Shown here: positions 53,308 through 61,440 of the stretch, piece by piece | How the letters are laid out: each line of letters opens with the position of its first letter | Numbering within the stretch: position 1 is the first letter of the stretch | Source: an uncultured Acidobacteriota bacterium | GTDB taxonomy: Bacteria; Acidobacteriota; Blastocatellia; RBC074 | NCBI GenBank assembly: GCA_963796275.1 | Contig: CAWCKY010000006.1 | Coordinates: forward strand, 2,176,001 to 2,240,000 | Length of the DNA stretch: 64,000 nucleotides | Direction of reading: 5' to 3' | Position numbers and translations under genes: made by a program | The notes under the pieces: model-generated | What the model saw: only the letters and a program-made list of their open reading frames with translations | Database searches by the model: none | What the model was told of the DNA's origin: nothing

Positions 53308-54341
53308 TTACTCTACATCCTTACGCCGCCATTCGGGTTCCTTATTCAGTGAATCTGCGTAAATCTGCGCAGAGCATGAATTGCCTTACCATAAGTCATG
53401 ACCGCGTGTGATGATAAGAGCGAGCCTGGTGGCTGGTCCATAAACGGCATGAACTTGTCCGGAAATCCGGGCATCGTACAGCCGATGCAGACCCCACCAA
53501 CGTTCGGGCAACCGCCGAGCCCGGACATCCAACCACGTTTCCCCACATTGCATTGGACCACAGGCCCCCAGCATCCCAATTTCACGATGCAGCTGGATGC
53601 CCCATACTCGTCTGCGAAATCCGCCTGCTCGTAGTATCCCCCGCGGTCGCACCCTTCATGGACCGTTTGGCCGAAAAGCCATGTCGGCCGCAGGGCTTCA
53701 TCGAGCGGTATCATCGGAGCACGCCCCGAAAACTGATAGAGCAGATAAAGCAGGGTCTCCGTGAAGTTATCAGGAAGAATCGGGCATCCCGGCACGCATA
53801 CAATCGGAATATCCGCTTTGGATTTCCAACTCCAACCCAGATAGTCCGCCAGCCCCATGCACCCGGTAGGGTTTCCTTCCATCGCGTGGATTCCCCCATA
53901 AGTCGCACACGTTCCAGCCGCCATCACTGCCCAGGCTTTGGACGCCAATCTATCGATCCATTCACAGGTGGTGATGGGTTGACCTGTTTCTTTATCTGCG
54001 CCGAAGCCAGCCCAGTAACCTTCGCTTTTGATCTTTTCGTTGGGGATTGAGCCCTCGATTACCAGGATGAATGGTTCGAGCTTACCCTCATCAGCCAGAT
54101 AAAAGTATTTCATGAAGTCGTTGCCGACTTCATAAGCTAGAACGGGGTTACGGAAATTCACTTTGGGGATTCCCGGTATGGCGCCGAGTACAAAATCTTC
54201 GATACTCGGTTGCGTGGCTGCTGTTAACGCAATCGTATCACCATCGCAGCCGAGACCTGCTGTTATCCAAAGAACATCGATCTCCTCGATCGGTTTGGGG
54301 ACCTGTATCTCTTTGTCCGGGATAACGGTCGTATCCGGCAT
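53308..54341 (-). CDS. hhyS: Second group 1h-type [NiFe]-hydrogenase small subunit (1-bp frameshift near 53355)
   Basis: LGCDGD, GTCATYGG, PGCP, HEGCDR and CPNVGGVCIGC. The ORF stops at 53346, but the conserved tail SLNKEPEWRR continues in the adjacent frame to TAA at 53308. Confidence 0.9.
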
Positions 54342-54363
54342 TTTGATTCCTCCTCATACTTAC

Positions 54364-54435
54364 GTTTGGAGTTCCGCGTTTACGCGGTCTTCTGCCTCAC
54401 ATGGTTTCAAACCGCCTGAAGGCGGAACTCCAAAC
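54364..54435. repeat. REPIN doublet between the second large- and small-subunit genes
   Basis: GTTTGGAGTTCCGCGTTTACGCGGT ... ACCGCCTGAAGGCGGAACTCCAAAC. Confidence 0.85.
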
Positions 54436-54454
54436 TTAGTTTCAAGCGTAACGT

Positions 54455-56258
54455 TCACCATTTTCCACCAAGACCGAACATCGTTGAATGGCGGGTCTCC
54501 AATACCTTGCCATTGCCCAGATACATATGGACGCCGCAAGGCATGCAAGGATCAAAGCTGCGTACCACGCGCATGATGTCGATGCCCTTGAATTTTGCGG
54601 GCTCATTCTCCTCGAAGATCGGCGTACCCTGTACTGCATCCTCATAAGGACCGGGCGTGCCGTGGATATCGCGCGGGCTGGCATTCCACGGCGTCGGAGG
54701 GTACGGATGATAGTTGGCGATCTTACCATCGCGGATAACCATATGGTGCGAAAGCATACCTCGCACCGCTTCGTGGAAACCGCATCCGATCGCCTCCTCC
54801 GGCACGGAAAAATGCGACCAGGTTTTTGTCCTACCGGCATGCACCTCCGCCAGAGCCCGCTCAACAAAGTAGAGAGCTGCCGCCGCTGCATACGCCTGGA
54901 AATAGGTACGAGCGCGGTTGCGCTCAAGCGCATTGCTCCACTTGGGGATCCTCCACTCGAATTCAGCCTCCGGCAACATGGCCGTTTTCGGCAGATTGAT
55001 CTTCACGCTATTACCGGTGGCCTTGATGTATCCGATATCGACCAACCCATTGAGTGCAGTCGCCCAGAGACGGGCTAGCGGTCCGCCGCCGCTGTCCAGC
55101 GCTAGATATTTGCCGGTCACGGTGTCATACCAGCGGGGAGACGTAACCCAGGTATACTTTCCCGCGAAATCGCGCTTCTGAGGTTTCGGAATGGTGACCT
55201 GATTCCATGGATGTAATTGATCAACCTCATTGCCGAGCGGGTCTCTCTCGACAAATTTCTCCGCATTACTCCAATCTTCATAGTAAGAACTTCCGAGCAA
55301 AATGCGAATGCCCAGATTGATCTTGATCAGATCATTGGTGACGATCTTGCCGTCCACTATCACGCTCGGCGTGACATACATAGCTCGCCCCCAATCGGGC
55401 ATATTCTTATATGTGTAATCGCAGACTTCAGGATTATTCCCATGACCCCCAACAACCAAGCAGAATCCGCCGCTCACCGACCCTTTCATATCCTGGCAGA
55501 GCCTCGTAGAAAAAGTTGAAAAGATCGTCATGCAAAGGTACAACTTTCTTGATGAATTCGGTGTACTTCATCAGACGAACCAGGTAGTCGGTGAAAACCT
55601 GGAGGCTGGGTACTGTGCCAACACCCCCCGGATAAAGGGTTGAAGGATGCACGTGACGGCCTTCCATCAGACAGAACATCTCGCGGGCCAAACGGCTCAT
55701 TTGCAGAGCCTCCCGATAAAATTCTCCGCTGAAGGGATTGAGCGCGCGCATAATATCGGCGATGGTTCGATAGCCATCGACCATGGCTCCCGGAGCGCTC
55801 GTTTTCTCGGCCTTCTCCAGTACACCGGGGTTGGTCTCCTTTACCATCTGCTCGCAATAGTCCACACCAGCCAGGTTATCCTGATAGATGTTATGATCGA
55901 ACATGTACTCGGCTGCTTCGCCGAGATTTATTATCCACTCGGCCAACTCGGGAGGCCTCACGCCGAAGGCCATGTTCTGCGCATAAACAGCGCAGGTTGC
56001 GTGATTGTCCCCGCAGATGCCGCAGATGCGGCTGGTGATGAAATGAGCGTCGCGTGGATCTTTGTTCTTCATAAAAACGCTGTACCCACGGAAGATTGAA
56101 GATGTGCTATGACACTCGGCTACCACATTGTTCTTAAAGTCGATCTTGGTATAAATGCCGAGGCTCCCGATGATGCGGGTAATCGGGTCCCAGCTCATCT
56201 CAACTAATCGCTCTCCCTCAGGCATTCCCACTTTTTCCGGTTGTTCTAAGCTGGCCAA
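54455..56258 (-). CDS. hhyL: Second group 1h-type [NiFe]-hydrogenase large subunit (1-bp frameshift near 55440)
   Basis: L1 TSRICGICGDNH in ORF 55434-56258 and L2 SFDPCMPCGVH in ORF 54455-55543. Removing one G from TGGGAAT restores GCWGSWNNPEVCDY. Confidence 0.9.
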
Positions 56259-56453
56259 TTGCTCACCCCCATATGTGGTATCTCTCAGTCACGGGTGATA
56301 ACTTAGAAGGAGAGTCGAGGTAAGGTGCGCGTAGGGCCGGGCTTACACGTATCTTCGAGTTCCCACTCCCTTCCTACTATACAAATCGAGATTGAAATGT
56401 ATAGCTCCCGCACTGTCTCCTTTGGGTTCACTCGTGTTTAGTCAATAAATAGT

Positions 56454-56469
56454 TGCAATTGCTATGCCG
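56454..56469 (-). promoter_or_regulatory. Putative sigma54 (-24/-12) promoter for the second hydrogenase operon
   Basis: Minus strand CGGCATAGCAATTGCA matches YGGCAY-N5-TTGCW with exact spacing, about 195 bp upstream of the start. Confidence 0.65.
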
Positions 56470-56858
56470 TTTTTTGCATATTTCGAGCGTATTTAGGTAC
56501 AACTAGCGTAACAAATTAAGCTGCGAGTACATTTCAACGTGCCAGTTCTGATTACAGCTATATTTATTTTCGTTATTGGCGTGATTTGGCTGCGAAGATC
56601 TGAAGTGTTAATGACAGTCTGGCAAATGGCAAATTATTTCAATACAGAGGTGTTCTTATTTCATACTCTTGCAAAATTTGCTAGCGAGTAAAAAACATAG
56701 CGGAGTTAACACATCATACTTTATCGAAAAATTTTTGATCTTAGCATCGGATTTGGGTAATTAGGCGCGCGGTGGAACTGTCTCCGCAGCATGCAAATTA
56801 TGTAAATAGTGCAGACGCCTGTATTTGGAGATATGTGCGGATTTTAAAGCCAGTTCTT

Positions 56859-56874
56859 CGGCATGACAATTGCA
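56859..56874 (+). promoter_or_regulatory. Putative sigma54 (-24/-12) promoter for the divergent kinase-like gene
   Basis: CGGCATGACAATTGCA with exact spacing. Confidence 0.6.
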
Positions 56875-57110
56875 TCTTTCTCATCATGCAAGGAATCCGT
56901 AACTAAAAATCGCTTCCCCCAATTAAGCGCGCATCGCATTTGCGGCGAGCTCCCACCACCCGATCCATAGTTGGACCCGTTTGATAGGAGAATATGGAAT
57001 AGGCACATGCGAGAAGCCTATTTTTCATTCACAGCATTTTTGAAGGTGAAGCAGACGGACTAACCTAACGTTGTTTCACGCGAATCGCATCCTATCGAAA
57101 ACTATTTGAT

Positions 57111-59183
57111 GTGGAGGACATCATATTTATGCTAGAGGAATTCATTGAATGGAAACGGCCCGAAGACGTACTGGCTAACCTTGCAGCTATCTTGGAATCA
57201 TCGGACGATGCGATTATTGGCAGAACACTGCAAGGGTTCATTATGAGTTGGAATAAGAGCGCCGAGAAGCTCTTCGGCTACGAGGCATCAGAGATCATAG
57301 GGCAACCGGTGAACACATTGGTTCCACCCGACCGGCGCGTTGAAGCGATTGAGATTCTGGAGAGGCTGTATCGAGGCGAGCGAATCGAGCAATTTAAGAC
57401 GGTGCGGTTAAAGAAGGACGGAACTCGGTTTGCTGTCTCCTTAACTCTCTCTCCGATGAAGGATATAGATGGGCGAATGATCGGAGCTTATAAAATCGTG
57501 CGTGATATCAGTGAGCGAAAGAGGTATGACGAAATTCCGGACAGAAGCGACGCGATGTTTGGCAGCCTGCTCGAGAATTTGCCCGCGGCGGTATACACAT
57601 GCGATTCCGATGGATTGATCACTTATTTCAATATACGTGCAGCGCAACTCTGGAGGCGGGCGCCGAAGCTGAACGACCCGGAGGAGCGATTCTGCGGCTC
57701 ATGCCAGCTCTTCTCCGCCGAAGGAGAACCCCTATCGCATGATCGGAGCCTGATGGCGCAGGCGCTCAAAGAAGATAAGGAATTCAATGGATGCGAGATG
57801 ATGATGGGGCGGCCTGATGGATCGCGTCTATCTGCACTCGCTCATATCGTCCCGATCCATGATGATTTCGGCAAAATTCTAGGTGCCGTGAATCTCCTGA
57901 TAGATATTAATGATCGAAAACGCACTGAAATGAAATTGTTGGGGGTGGAGAGGGCAGCCCGCGCCGAAGCAGAAACCGCAAACCGCTCCAAAACAGAATT
58001 CCTCTCGCTCGTATCCTATGAATTACGGTCACGTCTCAACTCAATAATCGGATATAACCGCATACTACGTTCGAACCAGAATGACGATATGGAGACTAGA
58101 CGGGCGTGCGACATCATCGAGCGGAACGCGCGGGCACAGTTGCGTCATGTGGAGGATATCCTCGACACGACTCAAATCGCCAACGGCCAGTTGCGGCTCG
58201 ACAAGCGCCCGACAGACATAGTTTCAATACTCGCAGACACTCTCGACGTGATACGTATGGAGGCCAAGGAAAAAGGCATCGAATTGTTCACGTACTACAG
58301 CCCAAAAAAGGAGGCGGTCATTGGCGATGCCGTCCGGCTGCAGCAGCTGTTCTGGAATCTTCTCTCGAACGCGGTAAAACATACGCCCAGAGGCGGCCGC
58401 ATAGAATTATGGCTGGATCGTAAAGCTGATTTAGTCAACATTATAGTTAAAGATTCAGGCATAGGCATCAAACCGGAAATTTTGCCCCATATCTTCGAAC
58501 GTTCCGGGCGCACCGATCCATCGAATACGAACGAGCGCGGCGGTCTCGGTATCGGACTGGCGCTCGTGAAAACCCTGGTCGAGATGCACGGTGGGTCAAT
58601 CAAGGCTGCGAGCGGAGGCCCGGGGCGTGGATCTACCTTCACCGTTACGCTTCCATTGGCAGATGAGAAAGGATTCTATTCACCTAATCTGCCAGCCATC
58701 AAGACTGAAGAAGCGATCCAGCCCGAGTCAGTGTTACAGCTGTACGACCGTGCGATGATTGAAGGTGCGCGCGTATTGGTAGTAGACGATCAGGAAGAGG
58801 CACGCGTAACCGTTGCCGATTTTCTGAGAAAATCCGGCGCAATCGTAACTGCTGTCTCCTCAGGCAACGACGCTTTATCGATTCTGGACGACCCACCGGG
58901 CGGCGAGCGACCGGAAGTGCTCATATGCGATATTGCCATGCCGGATATAGATGGTTACACGGTTCTAAAGCGTGTGCGTGAACTCGAAGCAAAGCGCGGC
59001 CTCAGTGCGTCGCAGGAGATTCCGGCGGTTGCTCTCACAGGGATGGCTCAGATTGAAGATCGTATGCGCGCTCTCAGTGCGGGTTTCCGGATGCACCTGA
59101 CCAAGCCGGTTGAGCCAACCGAGCTGATGGTCGTGATCGCTAACCTGATGGGTGCTCATATCGAGGGCACGCTCTGCAATTAA
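57111..59183 (+). CDS. PAS-PAS hybrid histidine-kinase-like protein with degenerate H-box (His->Tyr)
   Basis: SSDDAIIG..WN, second PAS, SYELRSRL, NAVKHT, DSGIGI, GLGIGL and CDIAMP. Paralog of 48769-50772. Confidence 0.9.
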   Translation: MEDIIFMLEEFIEWKRPEDVLANLAAILESSDDAIIGRTLQGFIMSWNKSAEKLFGYEASEIIGQPVNTLVPPDRRVEAIEILERLYRGERIEQFKTVRLKKDGTRFAVSLTLSPMKDIDGRMIGAYKIVRDISERKRYDEIPDRSDAMFGSLLENLPAAVYTCDSDGLITYFNIRAAQLWRRAPKLNDPEERFCGSCQLFSAEGEPLSHDRSLMAQALKEDKEFNGCEMMMGRPDGSRLSALAHIVPIHDDFGKILGAVNLLIDINDRKRTEMKLLGVERAARAEAETANRSKTEFLSLVSYELRSRLNSIIGYNRILRSNQNDDMETRRACDIIERNARAQLRHVEDILDTTQIANGQLRLDKRPTDIVSILADTLDVIRMEAKEKGIELFTYYSPKKEAVIGDAVRLQQLFWNLLSNAVKHTPRGGRIELWLDRKADLVNIIVKDSGIGIKPEILPHIFERSGRTDPSNTNERGGLGIGLALVKTLVEMHGGSIKAASGGPGRGSTFTVTLPLADEKGFYSPNLPAIKTEEAIQPESVLQLYDRAMIEGARVLVVDDQEEARVTVADFLRKSGAIVTAVSSGNDALSILDDPPGGERPEVLICDIAMPDIDGYTVLKRVRELEAKRGLSASQEIPAVALTGMAQIEDRMRALSAGFRMHLTKPVEPTELMVVIANLMGAHIEGTLCN

Positions 59184-59448
59184 ACGGTTGTCCCGGTTTT
59201 ATCGAATGCCCCCGCTGCACGGGGCCGGGGCAACGGGGCATGTGGGGCACGGGGCGTTCACAAAAATTTGAGCCAAATCAAGCGACACCTTATCAAGAGA
59301 CACCTTATTTTGTTTGCGAGATGCGGCCGAAACTGAAATCCTGCCGCCGTTTTGTATATGACAAACCTGGAAATTGTCTGAAGTGTGTGCAAATAAAAGA
59401 TCAATGGATCAATGTTATCGTCCTTGAGCGCCAGAGGCGCGGAATATT

Positions 59449-59558
59449 TATAGCACTCGTTCATCCAAACATCGCAAGCTCCGGAGGAGGAGCGGCATAT
59501 AGGCGTTCAAATGTCGCTCCTCCCGGAGCTTGCGATGTTTGGATGAACGAGTGCTATA
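59449..59558. repeat. Long palindromic element with 36-bp perfect inverted repeat
   Basis: TATAGCACTCGTTCATCCAAACATCGCAAGCTCCGG and its exact complement at 59523-59558. Confidence 0.85.
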
Positions 59559-59619
59559 TAGATCAGGCTCCTCCGGAGCCAATCAGAAACTAATAACCCA
59601 ACTTTAATTGGCAAACTCA

Positions 59620-59754
59620 TCAATTATCTAACCTACCTCTCAACTCGATTAGCCAGTCTTTTCCAGAAGCTACCGCAAAATCCCAATCCACCGGCCTCCG
59701 GTTTATATCCAGCTCCATCTTGCGAGTAAACATTTCAGGCACACTATTACGCAT
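59620..59754 (-). CDS. Possible 44-aa small protein
   Basis: CAGGAGA RBS, then MRNSVPEMFTRKMELDINRRPVDWDFAVASGKDWLIELRGRLDN. No recognisable family. Confidence 0.3.
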   Translation of the reverse strand: MRNSVPEMFTRKMELDINRRPVDWDFAVASGKDWLIELRGRLDN

Positions 59755-59926
59755 GGTTTTTCTCCTGAAAACTATATACTTAGCACTCCTCAAAGTTTGA
59801 ACGTGAGTCTTTTCATTCTTGCATTGGCTCTCGGATGATGATTATAGGGAGTACGATATTAATGCCGGCAATACGCTGTGTTGGTATTAACGTGTTTATG
59901 CCGGACGAGGTAAAGCATATCCGGAC

Positions 59927-59979
59927 TTATTGAGCTTCAGGCAATCGGCTTTACAAAGATTGCCCGCTTCGCTTCCGCC
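59927..59979. repeat. Second copy of the 53-bp repeat at 40126-40178
   Basis: TTATTGAGCTTCAGGCAATCGGCTTTACAAAGATTGCCCGCTTCGCTTCCGCC. Confidence 0.85.
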
Positions 59980-60048
59980 GCGTAACAGCGCTAAAAATGT
60001 AGCCCTATGTTGATGGTCTTTGAAAATAGATGCATCCACGTCATTAGG

Positions 60049-60124
60049 GTAGGGTCAGACCAGTGTGTCTGCCCCTGTTCCACGGTAGCGTCGATCCGGG
60101 GCAGACATATAGGTCTGCCCCTAC
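60049..60124. repeat. GTAG-type REP doublet
   Basis: GTAGGGTCAGACCAGTGTGTCTGCCC ... GGGCAGACATATAGGTCTGCCCCTAC. Confidence 0.8.
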
Positions 60125-60261
60125 GTGGTTGCTTTATTTTTTCAGAAGAACATCAAGGCCGGGTAGGTATTAGCAAGTAGGCGTTAAGCGTTTAACCTGA
60201 ATGTCAATAGGTGAGTTCTACTTCGCCTCACTGGAAGCGGTGGAGGCTTCGAGGAGAAACG

Positions 60262-61227
60262 ATGTACCGATTATCATTGTATCTTATCGCCATTTCAGTT
60301 CTGCCATTTCTGTGCGCCTACGGTGGCGGTTTCACGCAGCAACCAGGCAAAATGAAAATCATCCTCGATACGGACATCGGCGATGACATTGACGATGCAT
60401 GGGCGCTTGCTTTCCTTATATCGCATCAGAATTTCCAGCCGCTGGGCGTGACGATCACCCACGGCAACACGCCCGCGCGCATGAAGATTGCCTGTAAACT
60501 GTTACATATCACCGGGCGCAGCGACATCCCCGTCGCGGTCGGGCGAAAGACCAGTGACGGGTATTTTCAACAATACACCTGGGCCGAGGACTTCACGACC
60601 AAACCGCCGATCGCACAGCCAGCAGCCGAATTTATCGTCGAGCAGGTTAAAAAATATCCCGGAGAAGTGACGATTCTCGCTGTCGGTCCCCTGCAAAATC
60701 TTGCCGACGCTTTAAGAAAGGAGCCCAACCTGCCCAAACTGGTCAAGCGGGTAGTTTTGATGAGCGGCTGCGTTCACGGCACGGCGGATAAGCCGGGCTC
60801 CCCGATACGCGAATGGAACGTCTATCAATCTACGGTCGATTCGCAACTCGTCTATGGCGCAGGCCTCCCGCTGACAATCGTGCCGCTCGATTCGACGACC
60901 CACGTCAAACTGACCGACGAAGAGCGGAAGCAGGTGAGCGAGTATCGCTCGCCGCTCACTTACGCGCTCGAATGCCTCTACCGATTGTGGCTACCCGGAC
61001 CTGCCGCACGCATGACATTGCACGACCAACTCGCCGTCGCTGAATCCGCCTCCCCGGGCAGATTCTTCAATCGGCTCGAAACGGTGCCCCTCTTCGTCGA
61101 CGACCAGGGATTCACCCGCATCGACCCCGAGCGCGGAAAGCCCGTGATAGTATGCTTGGAACCGAAGCGTGACGAATTTATGAAGTATTACATCGGGCAG
61201 TTAATCAGCCAGAAACTCGGCATGTGA
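60262..61227 (+). CDS. Nucleoside hydrolase (IU-NH family) with signal peptide
   Basis: ILDTDIGDDIDDA, VGPLQNLA, EWNV, VPLD and LHD. Confidence 0.9.
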   Translation: MYRLSLYLIAISVLPFLCAYGGGFTQQPGKMKIILDTDIGDDIDDAWALAFLISHQNFQPLGVTITHGNTPARMKIACKLLHITGRSDIPVAVGRKTSDGYFQQYTWAEDFTTKPPIAQPAAEFIVEQVKKYPGEVTILAVGPLQNLADALRKEPNLPKLVKRVVLMSGCVHGTADKPGSPIREWNVYQSTVDSQLVYGAGLPLTIVPLDSTTHVKLTDEERKQVSEYRSPLTYALECLYRLWLPGPAARMTLHDQLAVAESASPGRFFNRLETVPLFVDDQGFTRIDPERGKPVIVCLEPKRDEFMKYYIGQLISQKLGM

Positions 61228-61440
61228 TATCGTTCATTCTTTATTTCGCAGCCGCGGGCGAAAGCGAGCATCCATCTTCCGAATGACGCACCGATTTTCA
61301 GAGGATGACGACAATCCGCGTTTGTAACCTATATATTGATCTGTGCGCGAGTCGAGACAACCGCGGTTCGACACATTTACGGAATTTTTCTACAATCCAT
61401 CGGCATGGCTCGAGCATCAAGACAATTGGAGGAGGGTAAG

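Noticed and set aside
53346-53360. Second small subunit truncated at FTQIH as an adaptation
   Set aside because: The conserved NKEPxWR tail is present in the adjacent frame, and a single missing base explains the early stop.
54455-56258. Naturally split large subunit or programmed frameshift
   Set aside because: One extra G in a short G run restores colinearity with copy 1. No slippery site is evident, and similar indels occur elsewhere in the window.
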